This document shows, one piece after another, positions 8,833 to 20,396 of a stretch of 33,983 nucleotides of DNA (positions are counted from its first letter, which is position 1; each line of letters starts with the position of its first letter). The stretch lies in NCBI GenBank assembly GCA_903843315.1, contig CAIMPQ010000060.1, forward strand, positions 1 through 33,983, given 5' to 3'. The DNA comes from an uncultured beta proteobacterium. GTDB lineage: Bacteria; Pseudomonadota; Gammaproteobacteria; Burkholderiales; Burkholderiaceae. Position numbers and translations under genes: made by a program. The notes under the pieces were generated by a model. That model did not search any database. It was not told the DNA's origin and saw only the letters and a program-made list of their open reading frames with translations.

Positions 8833-9621
8833 TTGAATAATCTCTTTTCTGAACTTATCGCTAAGCGCATAGTTGCTACTGTATCAGCCTTACTGGTCAT
8901 GGCGATTGGCTGCGGTGCTGGGATATGGCAACTCAATAGAGCTGAAACCAAAATTGCTTTGGCAGCTAATTTATTGGCACGACAACAAATGCCCATTTTG
9001 AACGCTAATACTGGGCCTGTAAGCTTAGAAGAGGCGAGTGAGCGACGGATGATTGCTCGTGGGCAGTTCATTCCAGAGGCAGCAGTTTGGTTGGATAACC
9101 GGCCAAGACCAATGCCTCCAGTGGGTAGCAATGTTTCGCAGTCAGGCTTTTATCTCATGATGCCTTTTAGGATTGAGGGGCGCGATGAAATTTTGTGGGT
9201 CAACCGAGGCTGGGGCCCGCGCAATAATGAGATTCGAGAAATGTTACCCCCGGTTAAAACGCCAGCCAATGTAGTTAATATCGAAGGCATTGTGTTTGCC
9301 CATCCCGGTAAGGTCTATGCCCTAGGTGAAGGTAAGGCGGTTGTAGATGCTAGCAAACCACGTATTGAACAAAACTTTGATTTGGGAGCAGAAGCGCAAC
9401 TTCACGGTTGGAGACAAAGCCCCTTTATTTTGCGTGAGGTTGATATGGGTATAGACGATGGTTTATTACGTGAATGGGCGCCCCTGACGACTGGGGTCGA
9501 TCGCCATTATGCTTATGCATTCCAGTGGTTTGCTTTAGCTTTTTCTGGATTGTTATTTTGGTTAATTAGCGGCTTGCGTCAATATTGGCGCAGGGGTGTG
9601 GCAAATGGGGATCAAGGGTGA
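8833..9621 (+). CDS. SURF1/Shy1 family cytochrome oxidase assembly protein
   Basis: GIWQLNRA, LDNR, VNRGW, HYAYAFQWF. TTG start is uncertain. Confidence 0.92.
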   Translation: MNNLFSELIAKRIVATVSALLVMAIGCGAGIWQLNRAETKIALAANLLARQQMPILNANTGPVSLEEASERRMIARGQFIPEAAVWLDNRPRPMPPVGSNVSQSGFYLMMPFRIEGRDEILWVNRGWGPRNNEIREMLPPVKTPANVVNIEGIVFAHPGKVYALGEGKAVVDASKPRIEQNFDLGAEAQLHGWRQSPFILREVDMGIDDGLLREWAPLTTGVDRHYAYAFQWFALAFSGLLFWLISGLRQYWRRGVANGDQG

Positions 9622-10274
9622 GTGATAAAGAATTATTAATACCTGCATCGCAGACAGATAGTTCTGCAATTCATGCGCAGACCCGCCGTGGCCGCATTCA
9701 AATGCTATTGCTGTTGCTTGCCTGCGCTACACCAGTCATTGCTTCTTACTTAGCCTATTACGTCATTAAGCCTGAGGGTGGCAAAACCAACTTCGGCACA
9801 TTAGTGTATCCAGCCCAAGAATGGAATACGGCTTGGCTGGATATTCCAATGCAGGGTAAATGGACGCTTCTGATCGCACGTCCAGCAGGCGAGTGCCAAA
9901 TCAAAGATGAGAAGTGTATTGAGGCTTTATTTTTAATGCGGCAGACGCGAGTGGCTATGGCCAGGGAGAGTAAGCGCGTTCAGTTAGTTTGGGTCAATAC
10001 GGATGGCAAGCCTGTAGATCCAGAAGTGCTTAAGGCTTATGACGAACAGGCTGCTGGTTTGAAGGTTGTTGCACTACCTACAGATCCCCAACTTAGAGCT
10101 AGCTTTGAAGGCTGGCTTAATAAAGAGGGCGCAGGTCAGCAGATTCAACTGATTGACCCTAGTCCAGCCAAGATGATGTATTTCCCGGTTACGAATTCTC
10201 CTAAAGAGTTTTCGAGCATGAAGAAAGATTTAGAAAGGCTCTTGAAGTTAAATCACAAGGGCGAAAATTTGTAA
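9618..10274 (+). CDS. membrane-anchored SCO/thioredoxin-like protein of the cox assembly cluster
   Basis: RRGRIQMLLLL TM anchor, TNFGTL, GKWTLL, C..C..AL.LMRQ.R, LIDP, KDLERLLK. GTGA overlap with the SURF1 stop gives start 9618. Confidence 0.75.
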   Translation: MSDKELLIPASQTDSSAIHAQTRRGRIQMLLLLLACATPVIASYLAYYVIKPEGGKTNFGTLVYPAQEWNTAWLDIPMQGKWTLLIARPAGECQIKDEKCIEALFLMRQTRVAMARESKRVQLVWVNTDGKPVDPEVLKAYDEQAAGLKVVALPTDPQLRASFEGWLNKEGAGQQIQLIDPSPAKMMYFPVTNSPKEFSSMKKDLERLLKLNHKGENL

Positions 10275-11395
10275 TGCCCACTTTTGTTTTGATTCTAGAG
10301 TTGGCGACAATCGCAATCGTATTTGCGGGTCTGCCCTTGGCTTATTTGTGGACAAGGCCAGGGTTTAGTTTTTTCCAAAAACTCAACTGGGTTTTAGTCT
10401 TTATGACTTTTGACCTGATTGTCTTTGGAGCATTTACTCGTCTGACTGATTCAGGACTTGGTTGTCCGGATTGGCCTGGTTGCTACGGTACATCCAATCC
10501 CTTTCATGCCCTTGGAGAAATCCAGCAGGCTGAGAGCGCCTTGCCGACTGGGCCCGTTACGGTGATGAAAGCGTGGATTGAAATGATTCACCGCTACTTA
10601 GCAATGACGGTCGGGGCCTTAATTTTGATTCAAGTGGGATTGGCTTTTAGCAAACTGAGGTCTTTAGGTAAGACTCCCTTGTTTGGTAGTTTAGGTCTCC
10701 TCTTATTGGTGTGTATTCAAGGTGCATTTGGAGCTTGGACTGTTACCCTTAAATTGCAGCCGATGATTGTGACGATGCATTTAATGTTGGCTTTGGTTTT
10801 ATTGGCTTGCCTTACTGCATATGCTCAACAAACTTGGGAAGTGGGCTCCAAGACTTTGCATACACTACGGATTCGTCCTCTACCTGCGGGCCTGCTGCTC
10901 ACTGCTTTTAGTGTTCTTTCTATACAGATTTTTTTAGGCGCTTGGGTGAGTACAAACTACGCTGTTTTAGCTTGTCCAGATTTCCCAACGTGTTTAGGAA
11001 GCGTATGGCCAGAAACTAATTGGGGCGAGGGCTTCAGCCTTTGGCGTCAATTGGGCTTAAATAGTCAAGGTGAATTTATTTCTCCAGTAGCCTTACAAAC
11101 AATCCATTGGGCGCATCGTCTATTTGCTGTTGTGGTTTTGGTTGTCTTGGGCACATTGGGCTGGAAAGCCTTGCAATTAACAACCCCGGTCTTGTCTGGT
11201 CTTGGCCGGTTTGCAAAACTATTGCTAGCTTTACTTTTTCTGCAAGTGATTACTGGAATATCTAATGTTGTTTTTCAGTGGCCTTTGTTAGCTGCTTTAC
11301 TCCACACCGCCGGTTCAGCCGCTTTAGTATTCTGTTTGGTCAGAATGAGTTATTGGGCATCTTGGGGTCCATCTATTCAAAAGAAGATGACATAG
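10274..11395 (+). CDS. ctaA: heme A synthase, COX15/CtaA family
   Basis: [33 protein letters not shown]. Confidence 0.93.
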   Translation: MPTFVLILELATIAIVFAGLPLAYLWTRPGFSFFQKLNWVLVFMTFDLIVFGAFTRLTDSGLGCPDWPGCYGTSNPFHALGEIQQAESALPTGPVTVMKAWIEMIHRYLAMTVGALILIQVGLAFSKLRSLGKTPLFGSLGLLLLVCIQGAFGAWTVTLKLQPMIVTMHLMLALVLLACLTAYAQQTWEVGSKTLHTLRIRPLPAGLLLTAFSVLSIQIFLGAWVSTNYAVLACPDFPTCLGSVWPETNWGEGFSLWRQLGLNSQGEFISPVALQTIHWAHRLFAVVVLVVLGTLGWKALQLTTPVLSGLGRFAKLLLALLFLQVITGISNVVFQWPLLAALLHTAGSAALVFCLVRMSYWASWGPSIQKKMT

Positions 11396-11397
11396 TT

Positions 11398-12291
11398 ATG
11401 AATACGCCTCAACCATCTAGGCCAGCATCAATGCCACGTTGGCGCCAATACTGGGTATTAACTAAACCTAGAGTGACTCAGCTTGCCGTTTTTTGTGCTG
11501 TGATTGGAATGTTCTTAGCTACTCCTGGCATGGTTCCTTACCCAGTTCTTTTTGGCGGCATTGTGGGTATTTGGCTCTTGGCAGGCGCTGCCTTTGCAGT
11601 CAATTGTTTGATAGAGCAGGCTGTTGATGCCAAAATGAAGCGCACCGCATGGCGCCCTTCGGCCACAGGTGAAGTAACTCCTTTCCATATTATTGTTTTT
11701 TCAATCATCATTGGTTCGCTGGGCATGATTGTGTTGTGGAATTTCTGTAATCCACTGACGATGTGGTTAACCTTGGCAACCTTTGTAGGTTATGCAGTGA
11801 TTTATACCTGGCTACTGAAACCAGCAACCCCCCAGAACATTGTGATTGGTGGCCTATCAGGCGCAATGCCTCCGGCGCTTGGTTGGGCGGCCGTTACCAA
11901 TACCTTGTCTGCAGAAGCTTGGCTTTTGGTGTTAATTATTTTTGTTTGGACGCCACCCCATTTTTGGGCGCTCGCTTTATATCGCCGTGATGATTATGTG
12001 CAATCGGGTTTGCCAATGCTACCCGTAACCCATGGTGAGCGATTTACCTTGCTCAATATTTTGTTGTACACCTTGATCTTAATCGCCGCAACAATGCTTC
12101 CCTACCTTTATGGCATGAGTGGCATGGTGTATCTGGTTTCAGCCATTGTGCTTGGGTTAATATTTTTGGGCTATGCCATCGCTTTATTTATTTCCTATAG
12201 TGATGCTTTGGCCAAGAAAACATTTCGTTTTTCAATTACCTATTTGTCATTGCTCTTTGCAGCACTGCTAATAGATCACTATTTCCTTTGA
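11398..12291 (+). CDS. cyoE: protoheme IX farnesyltransferase (heme O synthase)
   Basis: [30 protein letters not shown]. Start moved to ATG 11398, just after the ctaA stop. Confidence 0.96.
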   Translation: MNTPQPSRPASMPRWRQYWVLTKPRVTQLAVFCAVIGMFLATPGMVPYPVLFGGIVGIWLLAGAAFAVNCLIEQAVDAKMKRTAWRPSATGEVTPFHIIVFSIIIGSLGMIVLWNFCNPLTMWLTLATFVGYAVIYTWLLKPATPQNIVIGGLSGAMPPALGWAAVTNTLSAEAWLLVLIIFVWTPPHFWALALYRRDDYVQSGLPMLPVTHGERFTLLNILLYTLILIAATMLPYLYGMSGMVYLVSAIVLGLIFLGYAIALFISYSDALAKKTFRFSITYLSLLFAALLIDHYFL

Positions 12292-12292
12292 G

Positions 12293-12883
12293 ATGAATAT
12301 GAATTTATTCCGTATTGGCTGTATTGCTGCTCTGCTGGTGATTTTGACAGCTTGTAGTCCAAAGCCCGAGTTTAAGAATATTGACATCACCGGCAGCACT
12401 GCCTTTGGTAAAGATTTTAGTTTGGTGGATCCAGATGGCAAAGTAAGAACACTTGCTGACTTTAAGGGAAAAGTAGTGGTGATGTTCTTTGGATATACCC
12501 AGTGCCCTGATGTTTGCCCAACTACATTGACCGAAATGCAGCAAGTCATGACCCTATTGGGGCCTCAATCAGATAAGGTACAAGTACTCTTTGTGACGGT
12601 GGATCCAGCACGAGATACCGACGTCATTCTGAAGCAGTATGTGCCCGCTTTCGATCCGCGTTTCTTAGGATTACGTCCAGCAAATGAGGCTGGCCTAGAA
12701 AAAGTCACTAAAGATTTCAAGATTTATTACAAGAAGGTACCCGGTAGTAGTCCCGGCTCATACACCATAGACCACACTGCGGGAAGCTATGCGTTTGATC
12801 CTGAGGGACATTTACGCTTGTACATCAAGCATGCACAAGGTCCTGAGACCCTGGCACATGACTTAAAAGAGCTTCTAAAGTAA
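12293..12883 (+). CDS. SCO family copper chaperone lipoprotein
   Basis: Lipobox LTAC, FGYTQCPDVCP, VTVDP.RD, IDHT. Confidence 0.94.
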   Translation: MNMNLFRIGCIAALLVILTACSPKPEFKNIDITGSTAFGKDFSLVDPDGKVRTLADFKGKVVVMFFGYTQCPDVCPTTLTEMQQVMTLLGPQSDKVQVLFVTVDPARDTDVILKQYVPAFDPRFLGLRPANEAGLEKVTKDFKIYYKKVPGSSPGSYTIDHTAGSYAFDPEGHLRLYIKHAQGPETLAHDLKELLK

Positions 12884-12911
12884 GGAAATGCGATTGGGGT
12901 CTGAAGCTTGC

Positions 12912-13841
12912 TTAGGCTGCTTCAGCTTGTAACATACCGCGCATTTTTTTGAGCGCTGCCGTCTCAATTTGACGGACGCGCTCTGCAGAGATGCCATATT
13001 CAGCGGCTAAATCATGCAAGGTTTTTGTACCCTTGCCATCTGCATCCATAGCTAACCAGCGCGACTGAACGATGTTACGACTACGCTCGTCTAAACCCAT
13101 CAAGGCTTGATCAAGCTTAGGGCCTTGTAATGCGTCCGCCTCATTGCTGGCAATACGCTCAGTAGGCTCTTGAGAGTTATCTGCAAGCCATTGAATGGGT
13201 GCATATGCCGCTTCATCATCAGTGTCATCACCTTCAAGCGCGACATCACCGCCAGCAAGGCGCATTTCCATTTCTTTAACGTCCGAGCCTTTAACGTCAA
13301 GCGCTTTGGCTAAAGCTTCCACTTCACTAGGTGTAAGTGCACTTAAAGTAGGTTTATTACTACGCAAATTAAAGAACAACTTACGCTGTGCTTTAGTAGT
13401 AGCCATTTTGACCAAGCGCCAATTCTTGAGAATGTACTCATGAATTTCTGCCTTAATCCAATGGATAGCATAGGACACTAAGCGAGCACCATTGTTTGGG
13501 TCATAGCGCTTCACTGCTTTCATTAAGCCAATATTGCCTTCTTGAATTAAGTCAGCATGCGGAATTCCATAGCCAAGATATTGGCGTGCAACAGAAACAA
13601 CAAGACGCAAATGGGAGAGCACTAACGTTTTAGCGGCATCCACATTTTCAGTACGACGGAATTCCTGCGCAAGATGTAACTCTTCTGCAGCACTAAGCAT
13701 AGGTACGCGATTAACGTAAGCAATGTAAGAATCAAGCGTGCCAACCCCTAAGGATGGCAAGATTGGAAATGCAGACGCCGACGCAGTCTGCGTAACTGGC
13801 AGTCTTTGCATATTCGGATTGTCGTATTTCTTTTGGACCAT
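12912..13841 (-). CDS. rpoH: RNA polymerase sigma-32 factor
   Basis: RpoH box QRKLFFNLR, DLIQEGNIGLMKAV, ISAERVRQIE. Confidence 0.97.
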   Translation of the reverse strand: MVQKKYDNPNMQRLPVTQTASASAFPILPSLGVGTLDSYIAYVNRVPMLSAAEELHLAQEFRRTENVDAAKTLVLSHLRLVVSVARQYLGYGIPHADLIQEGNIGLMKAVKRYDPNNGARLVSYAIHWIKAEIHEYILKNWRLVKMATTKAQRKLFFNLRSNKPTLSALTPSEVEALAKALDVKGSDVKEMEMRLAGGDVALEGDDTDDEAAYAPIQWLADNSQEPTERIASNEADALQGPKLDQALMGLDERSRNIVQSRWLAMDADGKGTKTLHDLAAEYGISAERVRQIETAALKKMRGMLQAEAA

Positions 13842-13878
13842 TTTTCTTATAAATATGAGGTGTTAATAGAAAACCATT

Positions 13879-13905
13879 TTAGCACTCTTGTCAAGAGAGT
13901 GCTAA
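13879..13905. promoter_or_regulatory. CIRCE element (HrcA operator) upstream of rpoH
   Basis: Perfect TTAGCACTC-N9-GAGTGCTAA, 37 nt upstream of the rpoH ATG; overlaps a TGcTAAAAT extended -10 on the minus strand. Confidence 0.93.
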
Positions 13906-13921
13906 TGCTTGATGTGATCTA

Positions 13922-13934
13922 TAAGTTACTGATT
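13922..13934 (-). promoter_or_regulatory. possible IHF binding site
   Basis: Minus strand AATCAGTAACTTA matches WATCARNNNNTTR just upstream of the CIRCE. Short degenerate motif. Confidence 0.35.
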
Positions 13935-14824
13935 TAATTGAATAATTCGGATGAGTATTGCCCTGCTGTGAAGGGGGCTAAATCATCAATTCCTTCACCT
14001 TTGCCAAGGGCCAATATGGCGGGTTTTGGGCTTTCTTGGAGAGTATGTGCCAAGGCGCAGATTACACCACCTTTAGCTGTCCCATCAAGCTTAGTAACGA
14101 TAATTCCAGTGAGACCCAAAGCCGCATTAAAGGCCTTCACTTGGCTTAAGCCGTTTTGACCTGTATTGCCATCAAGTACCAACAAAGTGTGGTGTGGTGC
14201 CCCAGGAAGCGCCTTCCCGATGACGCGTTTGACCTTCTTGAGTTCTTCCATCAGGTGGTCTTGGGTTGCAAGACGACCCGCGGTATCAATAATGAGAATA
14301 TCGCTTTTGCGGGAGATTGCAGCGTGGATCGCATCGTGAGCAACAGCGGCTGCATCACCACCTTCTTGGGTAATCACGTCAACTTGATTACGGCCACCCC
14401 ATTCTTGCAATTGATTACGCGCTGCCGCTCTGAAGGTATCTCCTGCAGCCAAGAGAACGGATTTGCCTTGTGACTGAAAGAGTTTACAGAGCTTGCCGAT
14501 AGTAGTTGTCTTGCCAGCCCCATTAACCCCTACAACCAACCATACCTCTGGGGTAGAGGTACTGTGAGATTCAAACAGGGGATTTGGGGAGGGTTCTAAA
14601 ACCTTTAATAGACTACTTACTTCATCAATCAACAAAGTTTGTAATGCTTCTGGACTAGATGCTTTTTCGGTTTTAGCGGCTTTACGTAGCTTACTAATCA
14701 ACTGTTCAGTCGTAGGAAGGCCCACATCACTTTGAATCAGTGATTCTTCTAATGACTCAAACCAAGCTTCATCAGTTTTGCTGGATTTGAAAAGGGTTCC
14801 GAGGGTTTTACGTAAGCCGAACAT
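13934..14824 (-). CDS. ftsY: SRP receptor FtsY, NG domain only
   Basis: GVNGAGKTTT, DTFRAAA, DTAGR, TKLDGTAKGG, GEGIDDL. Confidence 0.96.
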   Translation of the reverse strand: MFGLRKTLGTLFKSSKTDEAWFESLEESLIQSDVGLPTTEQLISKLRKAAKTEKASSPEALQTLLIDEVSSLLKVLEPSPNPLFESHSTSTPEVWLVVGVNGAGKTTTIGKLCKLFQSQGKSVLLAAGDTFRAAARNQLQEWGGRNQVDVITQEGGDAAAVAHDAIHAAISRKSDILIIDTAGRLATQDHLMEELKKVKRVIGKALPGAPHHTLLVLDGNTGQNGLSQVKAFNAALGLTGIIVTKLDGTAKGGVICALAHTLQESPKPAILALGKGEGIDDLAPFTAGQYSSELFN

Positions 14825-14887
14825 AATCGATACAATTTAAACCTTGCATCTTATCAATTTAATTCTTGGGATATGGTGATTTAGCAG

Positions 14888-16255
14888 ATGCGTTCCAATT
14901 TACTCCGAATTTCCTTTTTACTCTTCATATGCACCCCATTGGCTTGGGCTGCTGGCGCAGATTCTGTAGATACCCACGAATATCGCTTGAGTAACGGCCT
15001 TAAGCTAATTGTGCGGGAGGACCATCGCGCTCCTACAGTGGCACATATGGTTTGGTATCGTGCGGGCTCAATGGATGAGGTCAATGGTCGAACAGGCGTC
15101 GCTCATGTACTTGAACACATGATGTTCAAGGGTACGAAAAAGGTTAAATCGGGAGAGTTCTCTCGTTTAGTGGCGGCAGTTGGCGGACGCGAGAATGCAT
15201 TTACATCGCGCGACTACACAGCATATTTTCAGCAAGTTGAAAAATCAAAATTAGATGAAGTTATTCAGCTGGAGGCAGATCGTATGTCTAATCTCAATTT
15301 TGATGATGCTGAGTTCTCAAAAGAAATTCAAGTAGTCATGGAAGAGCGTCGCCTACGTACTGAAGATAATCCAAGTAGCTTATTAAATGAAGCGATGATG
15401 GCAACTGCTTATATGAGCTCTCCTTATCGACACCCAGTAATTGGCTGGATGAATGATTTACAGAATATGAAAGCTACCGATGCACGTGATTGGTATCGCA
15501 GTTGGTATGCACCAAATAATGCAACGGTCGTCATTAGTGGCGATGTAGATCCTAAGCAGGTTCTAAGAACGGTAGAAAAATATTACGGCACTGTTGATGC
15601 CCACGAATTACCAGTGCGTAAGCCGCAAATCGAGCCACCACAAAAAGGAATCAAGCAGGTTCAGGTAAAGGCTCCTGCCGATAGTGCGCAATTGACTATG
15701 GCCTGGAAGGTCCCAAAGCTGGAGCCTGGGAAGCTTGATGATGTTGAGCCATATGCTCTTGAGCTTTTAACGGCAGTTCTAGATGGATATGACAATGCCC
15801 GCCTGAATCGCATCCTCGTAAAGCAAGAGAAGGTAGTAAATGATGTTGGAGTTGGTTACGACATGATTTCTCGAGGCCCAGAATTGTTTTTGATAAGCAC
15901 CACCATGGCCAAAGGTAAAACTGTGGCACAAGCTCAGGTAAGTATTCGTAAAGCACTGGAAGAACTAAAGCAAAAAGGTATTTTGGAGTCTGAGTTAAAA
16001 CGCATTAAGGTGCGCATTCTTTCCGATCAAATTTATAAGCGTGACTCTATTTTTGGTCAAGCAATGGAAATTGGCAGCACCGAAATGGCTGGCTTTTCCT
16101 GGAAAGACATCGACTATATGTTGGAGAAAATGCAAACCATTACGCCTGAGCAGGTTCAGGCCGTAGCCAAGAAATACCTGATTGATGAAGGTTTAACGAT
16201 TGCCGTACTAGATCCTCAGGTCCGTCAATCTGATGCAAATAAGGAGAGCAAATAA
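14888..16255 (+). CDS. M16 (pitrilysin) family zinc peptidase, catalytic subunit, exported
   Basis: Inverted zinc motif HVLEH, NAFTSRDYTAY, EERR, signal peptide ending AWA. Confidence 0.92.
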   Translation: MRSNLLRISFLLFICTPLAWAAGADSVDTHEYRLSNGLKLIVREDHRAPTVAHMVWYRAGSMDEVNGRTGVAHVLEHMMFKGTKKVKSGEFSRLVAAVGGRENAFTSRDYTAYFQQVEKSKLDEVIQLEADRMSNLNFDDAEFSKEIQVVMEERRLRTEDNPSSLLNEAMMATAYMSSPYRHPVIGWMNDLQNMKATDARDWYRSWYAPNNATVVISGDVDPKQVLRTVEKYYGTVDAHELPVRKPQIEPPQKGIKQVQVKAPADSAQLTMAWKVPKLEPGKLDDVEPYALELLTAVLDGYDNARLNRILVKQEKVVNDVGVGYDMISRGPELFLISTTMAKGKTVAQAQVSIRKALEELKQKGILESELKRIKVRILSDQIYKRDSIFGQAMEIGSTEMAGFSWKDIDYMLEKMQTITPEQVQAVAKKYLIDEGLTIAVLDPQVRQSDANKESK

Positions 16256-17589
16256 TGCATGCTCTCAGAAATACGATTGGCATTTGTTTGCTTAGTTTTA
16301 GTGTCTTTAATAGTGCCTTTGCGATTTTACCGATTGAAAAATTGGACTCATATAACGGGGCCCAGGCATATTTAGTTCAAACTAAAACACTGCCAATGGT
16401 GGATATCGAGGTCAGTATTGATGCTGGGGACCGGTATGACCCCGTTGGTAAAAGTGGTCTCGCCGATATGACGGCAGCCCTCATGAATTATGGCGTTCGG
16501 GGTAGTGAAGGGCCTATAAATGAGGCTCAAATTGCAGATGAGATTGCTGATCTGGGAGCCAATATTGGGCTGTCGGTAAGTGGTGAACGTGCCACTTTGC
16601 GTATTCGTAGCTTAAGTAGAAAAGATTTGCGAGACAGGGCAGTGAGGTTGGCGGCAGCAATGTTAAGTGCACCTACATACGATTCAAAAATAGTTGAGCG
16701 CGAAAAGCAAAGAACAGTTACCAACTTACTTGAAGCAGAAACTAAGCCGGAATTTGTTTTGGAACGCCGTTTTAAAAAATCGGTTTATGGCAATAATCCG
16801 CTGGCAAACACTCCAAGTACTAAATCTGTTGCAGCAGTCAATGCTGTCGACTTAAAGCAATTTCACAAGCAGTTTTATCGCGGCGATCGCATGATTGTGA
16901 GCATTGTGGGAGATGTTGATCGAGCGCAAGCCAATGAAATTGTGCGTGCTTTACTGCAAAAAATTCCTGAATCTGGACCAGCGATTGCTAAATTACCAGA
17001 GCTACAACGCTCTCCTGTAGAGCCATTGGCGCAACGCGAGGTTCAAATCCCTTTTGATTCTCAGCAAGCGCATATTGCCATGGGCATGACGGCGGTAACT
17101 CGAAGCAATCCAGATTATTTCCCGCTCTTGGTTGGTAATTACATATTAGGCGGCGGCGGATTTGTGTCCCGTTTGATGGCTGAAGTGCGTGAGAAACGAG
17201 GCCTTGCCTATAGCGTCTTTAGTTACTTTGCGCCAGGCAAAGACACCGGTATTTTTCAGGCTGGCCTACAGACCAAGAATGATCAGGCCGTGTTGGCGCT
17301 TGAGGTAATGAGCTCAACGATTGCACAATTTATTGCTGATGGTCCGACCCCAGCAGAACTTGTTGCTGCTAAATCGAACTTGATGAATGGCTATCCATTG
17401 CGCATTGATAACAACCGTAAATTGCTCGATAACATATCTTCAATTGCTTGGAATGATCTGCCGCTTGATACGATGGATATTTGGACTAAACAAGTTGAGG
17501 CAGTGACTCTGGAGCAAGTCACCAAGGCTTTCCAAAAATATTTAGCAATGGATCGGATGCAGATTGTAGTGCTGGGTGCAAGCAAGTAA
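16255..17589 (+). CDS. M16 family peptidase-like subunit lacking HxxEH, exported
   Basis: GLADMTAALM replaces HxxEH; retains ILGGGGFVSRL and REKRGLAY; signal peptide ending AFA; TAATG coupling to the upstream gene. Confidence 0.9.
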   Translation: MHALRNTIGICLLSFSVFNSAFAILPIEKLDSYNGAQAYLVQTKTLPMVDIEVSIDAGDRYDPVGKSGLADMTAALMNYGVRGSEGPINEAQIADEIADLGANIGLSVSGERATLRIRSLSRKDLRDRAVRLAAAMLSAPTYDSKIVEREKQRTVTNLLEAETKPEFVLERRFKKSVYGNNPLANTPSTKSVAAVNAVDLKQFHKQFYRGDRMIVSIVGDVDRAQANEIVRALLQKIPESGPAIAKLPELQRSPVEPLAQREVQIPFDSQQAHIAMGMTAVTRSNPDYFPLLVGNYILGGGGFVSRLMAEVREKRGLAYSVFSYFAPGKDTGIFQAGLQTKNDQAVLALEVMSSTIAQFIADGPTPAELVAAKSNLMNGYPLRIDNNRKLLDNISSIAWNDLPLDTMDIWTKQVEAVTLEQVTKAFQKYLAMDRMQIVVLGASK

Positions 17590-17602
17590 GCTTACAAACA
17601 AG

Positions 17603-18223
17603 ATGATTAGCAAACCCATTCAAAGTCAAAAAACAGAGCCACCTAAGAAGGTACGCATCATTGGCGGCATTTGGAGAAGCCGTCTATTACCCGTTTTAGA
17701 TATAAGGGGATTACGTCCGACAACTGATCGTATTCGGGAGACTTTATTTAATTGGCTTGGTCAGGATTTAAGGGATTTGGATTGCATAGATTTATTTTCT
17801 GGTACCGGCGCATTGGGATTTGAGGCATCCTCTCGTGGTGCATCTCGGGTAGTGCTGTTGGAAAAAGATAAAAAAGCTTACGTGAATCTCATTCAAAATT
17901 TGGCTTTACTGCAGTCTTCACCAGTTTCAGGACAAGTTGATATTCTGCATAAAGATGGCTTGGAATATTTAACGCAACAGGCGGATCGATCAAGTAATTT
18001 AATTTTCATAGATCCACCTTTCCAAGAATTGCAATTGTTGGATCGAGCAGTCATCGAAGCAGGTCGGGTTTGTGACGATTCCCGTGGTGGAGGTATTTAT
18101 GTGGAATTTTCTGCAAATCGCCCTCGCGAAGAGGTAGAGTCCCTACTACCAGACTGGCATTGTGGAAAATACTTAGAGGCGGGACAGGTAAAAGCCTGTC
18201 TATTTCGAGCTGGAAGGGGCTAA
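17603..18223 (+). CDS. rsmD: 16S rRNA (guanine(966)-N2)-methyltransferase
   Basis: VRIIGG.WRSR, LRPTTDRIRETLFNWL, DLFSGTGALG, IFIDPPF. ATG 17603 chosen as start. Confidence 0.94.
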   Translation: MISKPIQSQKTEPPKKVRIIGGIWRSRLLPVLDIRGLRPTTDRIRETLFNWLGQDLRDLDCIDLFSGTGALGFEASSRGASRVVLLEKDKKAYVNLIQNLALLQSSPVSGQVDILHKDGLEYLTQQADRSSNLIFIDPPFQELQLLDRAVIEAGRVCDDSRGGGIYVEFSANRPREEVESLLPDWHCGKYLEAGQVKACLFRAGRG

Positions 18224-18244
18224 ACTCTTGCCTGTAGCTGATAA

Positions 18245-19628
<1,384 letters not shown>

Positions 19629-19661
19629 GATGGGAGTTTAAAGACTTAAAGGCTTTTCTAC

Positions 19662-19700
19662 AAAAAAGGAAAAAAGAAAGCCCGCTTTCGCGGGCCTTCC
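19662..19700 (-). terminator. rho-independent terminator after rplY
   Basis: Minus strand GGAAGGCCCGC-GAAA-GCGGGCTTTC followed by T tracts. Confidence 0.88.
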
Positions 19701-19727
19701 TGATGCAAAGAATACGACCTAAGTGAA

Positions 19728-20372
19728 TTAAGCTTTATCTTTTGCAGGTTCAGCCGCAGCTGGAGCTGCAGCTGCCACAGGAGCAGCCTCTTCAACCTCT
19801 GCAACTTTAACAGCTGGAATACGTGCGTTAGCAAGAACAGGATTCTCTTGCTCAACATGCAATACCAAGCTAACGCCTTTTGGTAATGCGATATCTTTTG
19901 CATGAATAGAGTGACCCACTTCAATCTTGCTCAGGTCCACTTCAATAAACTCTGGCAAGTCTGCTGGTAAGCATGAAACTTCGAGTTCGGTAATGATGTG
20001 GCTAATAACGGCACCTTGCAGTTTCACAGCAGCTGAAGTTTCAGCATTCGTGAAGTGCAATGGAACGCGCATATGCACTTTCTCAGTCGCAGAAACGCGC
20101 TGGAAGTCAATGTGCAATACCAATGGCTTAAATGGATGCATTTGGTAATCACGTAACAACACTTGTTGTGTTTTTCCGCCGATTTCCAAGTCAAGAATAG
20201 ATGAGTGAAATGCTTCCTTGCGGAGAGCATGAAACAGTGCGTTGTGGTCTAACTCAATAACAGCTACTGGATCTTTACTACCGTAAACGATTCCCGGAGT
20301 CTTACCGGAATTGCGCAGACGGCGGCTCGCACCCGTTCCCTGTACGCTTCTTTCAAAGGCTACTACTTTCAT
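19728..20372 (-). CDS. rplY: 50S ribosomal protein L25/Ctc
   Basis: [25 protein letters not shown], Ctc C-terminal domain. ATG 20372. Confidence 0.97.
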   Translation of the reverse strand: MKVVAFERSVQGTGASRRLRNSGKTPGIVYGSKDPVAVIELDHNALFHALRKEAFHSSILDLEIGGKTQQVLLRDYQMHPFKPLVLHIDFQRVSATEKVHMRVPLHFTNAETSAAVKLQGAVISHIITELEVSCLPADLPEFIEVDLSKIEVGHSIHAKDIALPKGVSLVLHVEQENPVLANARIPAVKVAEVEEAAPVAAAAPAAAEPAKDKA

Positions 20373-20396
20373 ATTCAATTCCCTAGTTAAGGTTAA

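Noticed and set aside
19740-19800. GCA/GCT-rich quasi-repeat at the rplY 3' end
   Set aside because: It encodes the ordinary low-complexity Ala/Pro/Glu tail of Ctc-type L25.
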